Shown: in pieces, positions 1 through 13,490 of the stretch
How positions within the stretch are numbered: position 1 is the first letter of the stretch
Layout: each line of letters starts with the position of its first letter
Assembly: GCA_951406725.2 (NCBI GenBank)
Contig: OX597821.1
Location: forward strand, 68,448,001 to 68,512,000
Source: Octopus vulgaris
Lineage: Eukaryota
Direction: 5' to 3'
DNA length: 64,000 nt
Notes under the pieces: generated by a model
What the model was told of the DNA's origin: nothing
The model's input: the letters and a program-made list of their open reading frames with translations, nothing else
Database searches by the model: none
Program-made: the position numbers and the translations under genes

Positions 1-271
1 AGGATAAATGTGTAAAAAAAAACAATAAGGCATCGGATGGGCTCCCAGCGCACAGGTAAATTTTTGCGAAAATTATAGTGTGGTTTACAATGCGTTGCTT
101 ACTCGTGCTTTTTAATTGAACTGTATTAAGCTTTGTAAGTGTTTGACTAAACTTGCTTATCGGGAAATTTGTAAGTTCGATTTTTTTTCAGTATCACCAT
201 TACAGGTATTTATACTCCGGTGAAATTAAGAAATCATCTCGTAAATAAACGAAACCCTCGAATCCATCACT

Positions 272-323
<52 letters not shown>

Positions 324-457
324 CTATGTATGTATTTATGTATGTTTGAAGAAAAACATACATGGTTTGAGTTAGTGAGACAGGTGGTTGGTGTGTTTGG
401 TTTGACAGGTGACTGAAAGAAGGGGAAGTTACGTGCTAACTGTATAGTGTTAGTTAA

Positions 458-673
458 AAGGCGGTGAGCTGGCAGAATCGTTAGCACGCCGGGCGAAATA
501 CTTAGCGGTATTTCGTCTGCCTTTACGTTCTGAGTTCAAATTCCGTCGAGGTCGACTTTGCTTTTCATCCTTTCGGGGTCGATAAATTAAGTATTAGCTG
601 CGTACCGGAGTCGATCTAATCGGCTGGTGATCTCCCCAAAAATTTCCGGCCTTTTGCCTAGAGTTGAAAAGAG
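458..673 (+). mobile_element. tRNA-derived SINE, family A (GGCGGCGAGCTGGCAGAA head)
   Basis: Pol III A/B-box-like head (ggcagaatcg...gagttcaaattcc) and the shared core gactttgc.tttcatcctttcggggtcgataaattaagta; more than 12 copies in this window. Confidence 0.85.
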
Positions 674-779
674 TATAGTGTTAGTTAATCAACAATCACA
701 GACACATAGTAGCAAAGAAACAAAAGCAGACTAGCGCGTGAAGTCAAGAATAGCAGGAGAAGTCAGAGTTGGATGTGTA

Positions 780-1450
780 TTGGAGTGATAGACTTTGAGT
801 CGAGTATTTATGCCGTTAAGGGTGGAAATTCGTCGTCGGAAAATTAGACTCCCTTGGGACATTCCCTGGGATTAAGGGAGTTGCTGGTTTGAGTTTCGTT
901 ATCCTTGCACCAACGGTCTAGGAGGAGTTAACGAACATAAAAACGTAACGGACAAAGAAACATCACACAAATTCATATTAAGATAGACTTAGCATATAAA
1001 GTTGTGGTGTTAGAAGTGAAGCGACAAGTGTTGCATTAAGTGCTGGATCAAGCAGAAAGTCAAAGACTGAATGTAATTGATGCGGATAAAAGAGATGTTG
1101 GCCAAGAGCTCACTTAAATGACGGAAGGATGAAAACAATGGTCGGTTTGTAGAAGATGGTAGATGCGAAAATGGTGTAGTCAGCATCCGGGTAGTAAGTG
1201 TGAGGTGACAGGGGAAAGAGTGCAGCGGAAGAGTGGACGAGGGTTAGGAAAAAGGTTCGAGATACGGTTGATAGTAGGGACTCGATAGAAGGCTGTATTC
1301 CCGGAGGGTCCGGACTCTTCCCTAGCATGAAGTGATGCATTTGGTGTCTCTGGAGCCGTAGTTTCTGTTACAAGTTACACGAACCCTGGGAAATTAAAAG
1401 AAGTGGTAGGTGGGTTTGGAGTCAATGGGATAGATGGAAGGAACCTTGAT
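780..1450 (-). mobile_element. Possible decayed Penelope-like retroelement fragment
   Basis: Minus-strand ORF contains STIFYKPT, resembling the PLE RT-thumb motif (TS.FYKPT); otherwise heavily degenerate. Confidence 0.3.
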
Positions 1451-1489
1451 GTGGAAGTTGGACACTGTTGGTATGTATGTTACAGATTT

Positions 1490-1697
1490 CGAAATTTGGC
1501 GCAAGGCCAGCAATTTCGGGAGAGGGTTTAAATCTATTACATCGACCACAGTATTCAACTGGTACTTAATTTTACCGACCCAGAAAAGATGAAAGACAAA
1601 GTCGACCTCGGTGGAATTTGAACTCAGAACGGGAAGACGGACCAAATACCTCTAAGTATTTCTCCTGGCTTGCTAACGACTCTGCCAGATGGACGCT
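1490..1697 (-). mobile_element. SINE family A
   Basis: Reverse-complement match to 458-673 (aaagtcgacctcggtggaatttgaactcagaacg). Confidence 0.8.
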
Positions 1698-2149
1698 TTG
1701 GTTTCGATGTTATTAGAATTCCAATGGAACAAGATGACTGCTTTTACTTATGTAATATAGAGTCTATTTCATATGTATGTACATAAATGTATTTAGGATA
1801 CCAATCTCACTCGTTTAGCCGTTAACAAATTATACAGATACGTACTTTCTTTTTAAAACCTGCTTTCATAGTGAAGCTTTATATATTCATGTTCTGAATT
1901 GATTTATTAATCCATTACATAACGAATTCTTACATTTTGCTCGTGGGATTTTTCTTCATTTTGCATTACTTTCTGAACTTTATCTATATATCCATCTTTA
2001 TATCCATTTATTTTGCTGACCGACATCTTCTATCTTCCAGACGACTTCAATTGTTCAATTGCTCTTTGCTATCATCTTAACTGCCTTTCATCTTCCTATC
2101 CCGCCCTCGCTCTTTTTATCCTTTAGTATCATCATAATCGCTGAGAGCT

Positions 2150-2189
2150 CTTCACTTTTTCTTTCTTTTCTTCTCGTTTCCCCATCGTT

Positions 2190-2220
<31 letters not shown>

Positions 2221-2976
2221 CTTCTTTCTTCTTCTCTTTAACAACCGCCAATTTGTTGAAGTCAATAAAAGCTCTTTATTAGCGTCTTCTATTTTAACTC
2301 ATTCTCTCTTCCTTACATGTTCTCTCACTCTCTTCCTCACGCTTTCTCTCTGTCTGTCTTTCTCTCTCTCTCTCTCCACTCCCTTTCTCTCTCTTTCTTT
2401 CTCTCTCTCCCTCTCTCTCTCTTTCACTCTTTCTCTCTCTCTCTCTTTCCCTCCATAGCTATTATTCTAAAGGTATTCTTAGAACCTTCTCCTTTTTTCT
2501 TTCTATCCTCTCTTCCTCCCACCCACACTCTTTTCGGTCACTATTGTTATCAAGCATTATGCTACTTCATGCATCTCTCATAAATTCAGTTTCTCTTTAA
2601 ATTCAGTTTCTCTTTGTCTCTCCCTTTCTCCCTCTCTCTCTCTCTCTCTCTCTCACTGTCTCTTTCTCCGTCTCTCTTCACTGCCTCTCTCTCCGTCTCT
2701 CTTTCTCCCTCTCGCTCCCTCTCTCTCTCCCTCTCTTTCCCTCTCTCTCTCTCTCTCTCTCTCTGTCTCTTGCTTTCTTTATCTTCCGACTCTCTTTATT
2801 CTCTCTCATCTCTTTCCATCACACATCTCTCTCCTCTCATTTACCTCTCCAACTCTCCCCTCCTCCTTCCTTCTCTCGCTATCTCATTCCCATTCATGCT
2901 TTCTTTATATTCCATTTTCTCTAACTGTCTTTCCTACAATCGCTCTGTCTCTTTTTCTCTCCATATCTCCCCAACC

Positions 2977-3007
<31 letters not shown>

Positions 3008-3300
3008 TTCTCTGTTGTCCGCTCGCTTTAATCTTCTCTTCTGATTCTCTCCTTTTCTCCAACTCTCTCTCCATCTTTCGTCTCTCCCTCTCCCCACCTC
3101 TCCCTTCCCTCTCTCTTCCTCTCCCTCTCTCTCTTTCTCTTCCTCCCCTATTTCTTCCTTCTCTCTTTCTCCCCCCTCTCTCTTCCTCCCCCTTTCTCTT
3201 CCTCCCTTCTCTCTCCTTCCCCTCTCTCTTCCTCCCCCTCTTTCTTCCTCCCCCTCTATCTCCCTCCCTCCCTCTTTCTGTTTATTATTTTCCGTCTCTC
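2150..3300. repeat. Long CT-rich polypyrimidine low-complexity tract
   Basis: Imperfect (CT)n/(CCT)n; the Ser/Leu ORFs over it are artefacts. Confidence 0.9.
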
Positions 3301-3849
3301 ATCCTCCTTTACGTCAACAGTCCCTCTTTACAGAACTCCCTTTTTTTTTATTCTTCCCGCCTACTCCACCTCATTTCTTACTCCACCTTCACAACTTCTC
3401 TCACGAAAATAAACTAAATAAATAAATAAACAAACAGACAAATAAATACCCACCGACACAGCATTCCACCTGCTATTTTAATGTCGTATAACTGTTATAT
3501 CGAATATCGACAAAGTTAGACTAGACGCTGACATCTCTTAAGATTAATTTTGAATACTACGTCTCTTTGTTAACAAAGAGTGTGTGCGCATTTTTTCTTT
3601 ATTCCCGTCGTATTTCAGTAATAATGGAAATACAGGTTGACATATATGTGTGTATGTGAGTTCGTATGCGTGTAGGAGAGTGGAAGCCTGTGTATATGTG
3701 TGTGAGCATGTATATGTATATATATATATATATATATGAGTGTGTGTGTATTTGTGTGTATATATATGTGTGTGTGTATGTACACACGTACATGTACATG
3801 GACATATATGCTTACGTATAGATATACACTTATATATGCATATACTTAC

Positions 3850-3881
<32 letters not shown>

Positions 3882-4531
3882 TCATGTATATGGTCATACC
3901 CATAAATATATACACTCACAAAGTACACACACTCACACATATACACTCACTCACACACATAAAAGGCATACATCCACTTACACATAGAAATATATATAAA
4001 TAATTATATAGATATATACATACATACACACACACACACACGCACACGTGCACACACACACACGCACACATACATACATACACATATATATATATATATA
4101 TATATGGATATATATATATTCCTTTGAAGATTTTGATTTCATTTAATAACACTCATTTAAAAAACAGACGCCGGTTATTAAAAGTCAGTAAACGAGAACC
4201 GGGTGTGGTGTAGAAATGAATTTTAAATTTTACATTAAAATTGGGTGTAGTATTTAAATTTATTGTTATTTCAGTGTTTCATTTAAAGCGTTTAACTGTT
4301 TGGGGACGGCTGCATATAAGACAATATATTTTGATTATAAAACAAATGTGACATACAAACCGAGTTTTAATATTGCTGTGATGGTTAAGCTATTTATTTC
4401 TTCAAGAAAGACCACGCTGATATTTAAACATATTTACATTTGTTCCAGGAAATATGTCTGAAGTTTTAAGGTGGTTATCTTTGTGATTTAAGGCGTTTTG
4501 GTTTCTCTTTCTAGCAAACCAGTTGAACCTG

Positions 4532-5387
4532 TATGAAGTGGGTACCCAAAAGAAACCGGAATTTTGCAACTCTTATTTTATTCATGTTTTACATGTTTAC
4601 ACTTTTATTGCCTTCAGAGTATTCTCCATTAGAAGTAATGCATCGGTCCAGACTCGTTCTCCAATTTTCGAAGCAATCATAGAACCCTTGAGATGTGATG
4701 TTTTTTAACGCCATCTTCGTTTTATTTATTTTTTTTTCTTCTCCTCTTTTACAACTGCAAAACGTTTTCCTTTCAGGACTTTTTTCATTCGGAGTAACAA
4801 AAAAAAAGGTCACAAGGGGCAAGATCCTTCAGTTCACGACACGCATTCAGGCGTGACTACTTTTGATCTTCCGTGAGCAAGCTAGGCACAAATTTTGCTG
4901 CAATTCTTTTCATTCGCAATTCCTCGCTCAGAATTCGCTGGCAGGAGCTCCAGGAAACACCAGTCTTATCAACAAATCCACCAATTTTTCAGTGATTGTC
5001 CTCCAAGATCAGTTCATGAATTTTCATGATGTTTTCATTCGTTTGGGCGGTCGACGGCTGTCCTGAACGAGGTTGGTTTTCAGGCAAAACGTGACCATTC
5101 CTAAAGCATGAAGACCACTCGTAAACTCGAGTCCTGCTCATGGCAGCGTCCTTGTAAACTGTTTGAAGATTGACAACTGTTTCGGTCGCCGTTTTCCGGA
5201 GCAGAAAACAGAATTACACGGACGCACGCTCTTCCTTCGTTTCAGTCATCGCAAAAATCAACGAACAAAGCAAGGACGCACTGATGCCTGAGAATTGCAT
5301 CAAGTGACTTCTAGCGGTGGATGTCTGAACTACAACGAGCTTTGCCCACAGAGAACGTTTCCGGTTACTTTTGGGTACCTCTTCGTA
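4532..5387 (-). mobile_element. Internally deleted mariner-like DNA transposon
   Basis: ~29-bp terminal inverted repeats (ta.gaag.gggtacccaaaag.aaccggaa / ttccggttacttttgggtacctcttcgta) ending in TA; mariner C-terminal remnant CFENWRTSLDRCITSNGEYSEG. Confidence 0.8.
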
Positions 5388-5829
5388 GAACAGTCACGGG
5401 GAAACTGCGATCAGCAAATATTCGGAATGGCACGCTTAGATGAAAAATGTTCCTCTGTGTGTGTCTGTGTGTGTGTGTGTGTGTGTGTCTGCCTCTGTGT
5501 ATTTGTGTGTTTGTCTGATTGTGAATATGTGTGTATGTATGTGCATGTGTGTGTTCTGCGTATTTGTTCTGCTCGCCATCTGCAGGCACACCTTTGTCAC
5601 TCCCGTCATTGCAAATGAAATAACCTAGATATTAGCTAATGGAAAACTTAGACAATCGACACCTCTGTTCACAATAATGAACTTCTTTTTCTTTTTGCCA
5701 AGTAAGTATGTCGCTGTTCAAATAGTTCATGTAATAACATAACTTCGAAGATTCTCGACTAAAAATATTCCCGGATGTCATATCAGAACCGCAATTGTAC
5801 GGTTTGTTGTGGCTTAGTATCTTGAATAT

Positions 5830-6392
5830 AAGTATTTCTTTATTGCCCACAGGAAGCCAAATATAGAAGGGACAAACAAAGACAGACAAAGGGATTAAGT
5901 CGATTACATCGAAACCACTGCGTAACTGGTACTTATTTAATTGATCCCAAAAGGATGAAAGGCAAAATCGACTTCGGCATAATTTGAACTCAGAATGTAG
6001 CGGCAGACGAAATACCGCTGAGCATTTATCCTGGCGTTCTAACGATTCTTATTTCTTTATTACCCACAAGGGGCTAAACATAGAGGGGGAAAACAAGGAT
6101 AGACAAAGGGATTAAGTCGATTATATCGACTCCAGTGCGTAACTGGTACTTATTTAATCGACCCCGAAAGGATGAAAGGCAAAGTCGACCTCGACGGAAT
6201 TTGAACTCAGAACGTAACGGCAGACAAAATACCTATTTCTTTACTACCGACAAGGGGCTAAACACAGAGAGAACAAACAAGGACAGACAAACGGATCAAG
6301 TCGATTACATTGACCCCAGAACGTAACGGCAGACGAAATACGGCTACCTATTCCGCCCGGCGTGCTAACGTTTCTGCCAGCTCGCCACCCTT
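5830..6392 (-). mobile_element. Cluster of tandem SINE family A copies
   Basis: Repeated gtcgattacatcga...aaggatgaaaggcaaagtcgacctc...gccagctcgcc blocks. Confidence 0.85.
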
Positions 6393-6399
6393 GAATATA

Positions 6400-6404
6400 T
6401 GTTG

Positions 6405-6459
<55 letters not shown>

Positions 6460-6490
6460 TGCAGCTACTGTTGTTGCTGCTGCTACTGGT
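6400..6490. repeat. (GTT)n/(GCT)n trinucleotide microsatellite
   Basis: Read directly from the sequence. Confidence 0.95.
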
Positions 6491-6509
6491 ATTATTTCGT
6501 CGTCGCTGT

Positions 6510-6695
6510 CGAGACTTGGATTGATGAAATACACGATGGAAGTTCATACGTGTTTCAACAAGACCCGCCGCCTTCTCACAAAACCCGAGTAACCCAAGAT
6601 GGATACCAGACAATTTTTACGGTCGCATAGCACTAAACCGGTCGCATAGCACTAAACCGTCAAAATTTAAATCCCATGGACTACTACGTTTAGAG
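6510..6695 (+). mobile_element. Tc1/mariner (maT/DD37D-like) transposase fragment
   Basis: Translation gives YVFQQDPPPSHKTRVTQD followed by LNPMDYY, matching the FQQD.AP.H and SPDLNP.D catalytic motifs. Confidence 0.65.
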
Positions 6696-6919
6696 GCTAA
6701 GCGAAGCCTCACACGGGTACACAGTAATAAACAAAATAGACACGCGAATTTTCCACGTAGTAAACTTTACATCCAGTATTATAAATACTGACCTCCATTT
6801 CTTCTAGTTAAACCATCCCCGCCAAAACCAATGCTATATGCCTTTCTTCACCAAACCAGTCTTACTCTATTCTTTTGAACACGGCAATGGGAGATTACAG
6901 GGGAATACCTTTTATCATT

Positions 6920-7720
<801 letters not shown>

Positions 7721-8103
7721 TACGGCAGTAATTTCTACAACTTTCAACGACATGGGTGTTTGATATTATTTGGAGTTAATTGTAGTTTGAAAGAGGTAGT
7801 GACACAATGAAGGCAGTGATTAGTGGGTATCGACGGTGTTCGGGGCTGCCAGCGGAAAAATGAGAGTTGTCAAGCGATGGTGTAGATTTACATATCTTAC
7901 AGAAAATTAACGCCACAGGACATTTTAACTGCTTTCAGCTGTTTTATTGTCGCACACGCACACATAATATATTCACACATAAATGCAGTCAAACGCATAC
8001 ATACACACAAACATACACATATATATGTAAATGTATGCATGTTTGCATGTAGTAAATACACACACATACACACATATTTATATATATTTGTTTTGCAATA
8101 TAT

Positions 8104-8340
8104 ATATACTTTATTTAAAGCAGCAGATAATTCTACAAAACCTGTTACTCTGAGTTTCGCGTTGCCGTTCATCGGACAGTTTTTGCTAGAAAAAACTGTC
8201 CGATGAACGGCAACGCGAAACTCAGAGTAACAGGTTCTGTAGAATTATCTGCTGCTTTAAATAAAGCATATTACTCTACCACTGGTATTTGAGTACTCTT
8301 TTTTTCCACCTTGTTTCACATTTATGTGTTTACTCCGTAT
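8104..8340 (+). mobile_element. Non-autonomous PLE-like element with ~76-bp inverted arm, in (TA)n
   Basis: 8109-8184 is the reverse complement of 8190-8266 (one mismatch); contains a hammerhead-like core. Confidence 0.65.
8196..8233 (+). ncRNA. Minimal type I hammerhead-like motif (CCGAUGA variant)
   Basis: ctgt-CCGATGA-a cg GCAA cg c-GAAA-ctc a gag-TA-acag: stems I, II and III all pair. Confidence 0.55.
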
Positions 8341-8374
8341 ATATATATATATATATATTGTGTATTCTTTTATT

Positions 8375-8845
<471 letters not shown>

Positions 8846-8847
8846 AA

Positions 8848-8995
<148 letters not shown>

Positions 8996-9024
8996 TATAT
9001 ACTATTATTATTATTACCAAGGTT

Positions 9025-9425
9025 AAGGCGGCGAGCTGGTAGAATCGTTAGCATGCTGGACGGAATGTTCAACGGTATTTCGCCCGCTGATACGTTCTGA
9101 GTTCAAATTCCGCCGAGGTCGACTTTGCCTTTCATCCTTTCGGGGTCGATAAATTAAGTACCATTTGAGTACTGGGGTCGATCTAATCGACTAGTCCCCT
9201 CCCCCAAATTTCAGGCCTTGTGCCGATACTAGAAAGAGTTATTATTACTAAGGTGGCCGAGCTAGCAAAATCGTTAGCACGCCGAACAAAATGCTTAGCG
9301 ACATTCCGTCCGTCCTTCCGTTCTGAATTCAAATACCTTTCATTCTTTCGGGGTCAATAAAATAAGCACCAGTTGTGCATTGGGGGTCGATCTAATTGAC
9401 TAACCCCCTCCTCAAAATTTCAGCC
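9025..9425 (+). mobile_element. Two tandem SINE family A copies
   Basis: Heads aaggcggcgagctgg at 9025 and aaggtggccgagctag at 9250. Confidence 0.85.
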
Positions 9426-9429
9426 CCGA

Positions 9430-9690
9430 CCCAAATTTTACTCTTGATATCAAAAGTTTATATGCAGTGATCCCGCATAACGAAGGGCTTCTTGTGCTCA
9501 AACACTTTCTAGACCCTCGGCCTGACCCTCAACCTGACATCCCCACACTTCTTCGTCTGTGTCGAACTTATTCTCTCCCTCAACTGCTTCTCGTTGTCGA
9601 GGGATTTTTACCAACAGGTGTGGCCATGGGAACGGGAATGGGCCCCAACTTTGCAAACCTGTTCGTTGGCTATGTTGAGGTTTTGCCCAC
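9430..9690 (+). pseudogene. Penelope-like element reverse transcriptase fragment
   Basis: FTLDIKSLYAVIPHNEGL...GVAMGTGMGPNFANLFVGYVE are the PLE RT motifs (D..SLY..IP; G.AMG..M.P..ANLF). Confidence 0.8.
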
Positions 9691-9792
9691 AGTCGGTGAC
9701 CAACTGACCCTACTAGTCAACAAAACCAAAAACACATAATTGTATACATATATGCTTATAGGGACTGCAATTGCCCAGAACACCGATCAATA

Positions 9793-9823
<31 letters not shown>

Positions 9824-9849
9824 GCCCGCACATGCGTATGTATATGTAT

Positions 9850-10340
9850 ATCTCATATATAAAATCCGTTGTCTGTCTGTCTGTGTGTGTGTCTTCTCGG
9901 ATCTCGGGCATCCTCCATCCGATTGCGCTCAAATTTGATATGTAAAAGTAAATCCTGACGGTATCAGGGCGTGTATAAGTCTTTAAAAAATTACAAAAAT
10001 CGATTCCAGGTGAGAATGCGATCGATAAAGCCGTTTTTGTCCTGCTTTTCTTCTGTCAACCTGTACATAACTGCACCTTCCATTTTTTGTTGTTTTTGTA
10101 CTGCTTGAAGGCACGTTTCTTTCCTGCCAAGCTTACTGTTTAAACCATGTTTGTGTTCTCCCAGTCACCAACCTTATCCTTACTGATACTTTAAACTCTT
10201 TGGTTGCATATTTTTGTGAATAAAATCGTTTTTCTTTAGAATAGAAAATAAGTCTATCTTTATTTCTTCTTTTGCTGGTGTCTCAAATTTAGTGTTTCTC
10301 AAAGGGGAGGCCTATGGGACGGTCGGACAAGTTGTTTAGA
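9850..10340 (+). mobile_element. Putative non-autonomous Helitron-like element, 5' part
   Basis: Starts TC-(A/T)-rich, then gtctgtctgt...ccatccgattgcgctcaaattt; same 5' architecture as 29321-29697. Confidence 0.45.
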
Positions 10341-10401
10341 GAAAATTTGGTTTAAATATTTGTCAACTCAGCACCGTCCATTGGACGTGGGGCGTTTTGC
10401 T

Positions 10402-10496
<95 letters not shown>

Positions 10497-10737
10497 GTGT
10501 ATTTGTGTATGTGTCTGTGTGTGTGGGTATGTGTCTGTATGCCTGCGTGTGTGTGAATCTACGTATAGGTAGAGGATGTATGGATGTATGATATATATAT
10601 ATAACATGTATGCGCTCACACACACTTTTAAAACGCAGCAGATATGAGAAACCAAGATGTTCGGTTTAGTGTTTCCTTAACTCCCACTGCACATTGTAAT
10701 GCATATAAAACGTGTTTTGCTCGCACATATGATTGTG

Positions 10738-10781
<44 letters not shown>

Positions 10782-11144
10782 CGTGTGTGTGTGTGTGTGT
10801 TTTATATAATGTGACTATCCATGAGTGTGAGTTTTGTCTCTCTGGCGCAAGTGTTTGTGCAGACAAGAATATGTAGATTTGATTACATGATATGTGCGTC
10901 TGCGTCTCTCCAGCAGAGCGGTGTCTGTATTATTGCGTGTGTATAATTTACTCGTAGCTAATAGGTGTGTTGCACTCGATAGCAAACATTTGAGCTCACG
11001 TCCTTCCCCCATCAATCATTCTCCCTTTCTGCCTCTTTCTCGCTTGCTATTTCATATGTGTATGTGTGTGTGTGTGTGCATCTGTGTGATATATACGTAT
11101 ATACATCAATAGATACATATATATATGCATATATATATACATAA

Positions 11145-11231
<87 letters not shown>

Positions 11232-11251
11232 TATATATATATACGTAAACA

Positions 11252-11291
<40 letters not shown>

Positions 11292-12104
11292 TAATTAAAC
11301 AATATAAACTCGTGCTTAGATCATCAAGGGAAGGCGGAACTACCGCGATTTTCCCTTGGTGCTAACAGCTGTATCATGTGCGTATATACGCAAAACGTAG
11401 AATCATTACTCAATTTTTGTTTTCGTTTTTCTCTTTTGTTTTTTAATGATTAAAAAGTGTTGAAAATATTTTCCTGTTTCCCTAGTTTTTAAGCATATAA
11501 TTTGTTGATATTACTGCTATTTTAATGCTAAATAAATAAAAGTTTTAAAACAGAAAGCAGGACCAAATTGGCTAATACGTGATGATAGACGTCTGTATCT
11601 TCTGTCGGCCATTTTATTCAGAAAGATGTGGCAACAAAAAACACAACCAGTGGAACATAATAGTCTGAAAGATCGGCATAAATCACACTTTAGCTTAATG
11701 TTAATGTAGAATAAGAAGGATTACTTTAACAGCGTTTAATACTTTAATAATAAAACTTACAATTCAGAATTAAAAGGAGATATTTAGGAGTGCCGAATTG
11801 ATCCCAGTAACAGATCTCAGATACGGGAATATTTTGCCTTTTACGTTTTACTGCTTTCAGTCATTGGACTGCGGCCATACTGGGGCACTACTTCGAAAGG
11901 TTTGTATAAAAAATAACATTGACTGTGTGGTACTTATTATTCAAGTTTGGTACTTATTCTGGCGGTACACTTTTGCTGAACTGCTAAGTTACAAAATCGT
12001 CACCTATTGTCAAGCTGTGAGAAGATAAACACATGCACAAATACACACACTCACACACACACACAAAGACACACAAAATACACACACATACACTCATACA
12101 CACT

Positions 12105-12141
<37 letters not shown>

Positions 12142-12289
12142 CCACACATCTACACATGCACACACGCACACGTCAAGGCCACTAGCCCTCTTCCACACGC
12201 ACATACATGCTCTCTTATACACATGCACGCGCACCTTCGTATTCGGATCACCACTATTTTATTATCTCCCCTTCTTCCTAGCTCTCCTG

Positions 12290-12507
12290 TGTGACCCCTC
12301 TATCCGGAATCGCCATGATAGATCGCTAGCCATTGCACATTCTTTATTTTCCCTCCCTGTATCTTTCTGTGTTCCTTTCTGTGGAAGAACGTAGGCTCGA
12401 AACGTTAAAGAGTTTTTCACTTCCACTTCCCGAGCGTTAAGGTAATACATATGTTTGTTGTTTACACCACCTGTCTTCGTCTTTTGTTGGGTTTTTTGTG
12501 AATTCTT

Positions 12508-12510
<3 letters not shown>
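12290..12510 (+). mobile_element. Non-coding PLE-pLTR-like element with degenerate hammerhead core
   Basis: tggaaga-acgtaggctc-GAAA-cgtt-aaag; ends in (TA)n; paralog at 7200. Confidence 0.5.
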
Positions 12511-12580
<70 letters not shown>

Positions 12581-12583
<3 letters not shown>

Positions 12584-13205
12584 AGAAGGGTAGTAATATT
12601 GTTTACTACCAGGTGCCCAGCACAAAAGACGAATTAGTCATAAGACGAAAATATTATTCATATAGAAAAATATTAATCATGTGGTTATACAATTAAAGGC
12701 TCCTAAATAAAGATGCCAAGTGCTGGGAACACAAAAAGGGGATGAATTTATCGAGAGTGAAAATCAAAAACATTTACCGATAATTTCTATATGAATAATA
12801 TTTTCGTCTTATGACTAATTCGTCTTTTGTGCTGGGCACCTGGTAGTAAACAATATTAATACCCTTCTTGTTTATATTCGCATACCACATGATGAATTTA
12901 TTCGTAAAATTCTTCCCGGCATGCCCGTGTAAATTTTGCGTCTGCACAGAGATTTGAAAAGTTAAGATCTGCTAGTAGTTGGGTTTAACATATAGCCCCG
13001 CATCGCTGCGGACCTCGATTAAATTCAGGCGACTCGCTGATGAAGCCAGCCTTAGCAAACATATTCTGTGTTTTGCTAGAAAGAAGCAGAAACCGCGGTA
13101 CGAGTTGTTTAAATTATCGGTAAATGTTTTTGATTTTCACTCTCGATAAATTCATCCCCTTTTTTTGTGTTCCCAGCACTTGGCATCTTTATTTAGGAGC
13201 CTTTA

Positions 13206-13212
<7 letters not shown>
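12581..13212 (+). mobile_element. Hammerhead-containing PLE-like element with two inverted segments, in (TA)n
   Basis: 12581-12668 is the reverse complement of ~12785-12870; ~12686-12787 is the reverse complement of 13111-13212; (TA)n on both sides. Confidence 0.7.
13027..13110 (+). ncRNA. Type I hammerhead ribozyme
   Basis: aggcgactcg-CTGATGA-long stem II (tagcaaa...ttgcta)-GAAA-ccgcgg-TA-cgagttgttt; 10-bp stem I, palindromic ACCGCGGT stem III, GUA site. Confidence 0.75.
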
Positions 13213-13268
<56 letters not shown>

Positions 13269-13269
<1 letters not shown>

Positions 13270-13490
13270 TATATGATTCAAAATATGACCGCGTGTGTAC
13301 CGTTGGCGATTTTTTTCCCTCTGTCTTCGCTTCTCTGGATCTTTCCTTCTCCTATGTTTCCGACGAAGAGCTCCGCTCGAAACGTTAAACCCTCCTTCTT
13401 TCCTTCTTTCCTGAACGTCCAATAATACTATATTTGTTCCACGTCCTCGCGTTGTTGTGTTTTTTTGTGCTTTCTTGTTTGGATAAGTTA
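13269..13490 (+). mobile_element. PLE-pLTR-like element with minimal hammerhead (13356-13390)
   Basis: gttt-CCGACGA-a gagc tcc gctc-GAAA-cg-TT-aaac; near-identical copy at 35820-36035 (-), diverged copy at 54030-54245 (-). Confidence 0.6.

Noticed and set aside
2614-3417. 267-aa Ser/Leu/Pro ORF
   Set aside because: Translation of a CT-rich low-complexity tract
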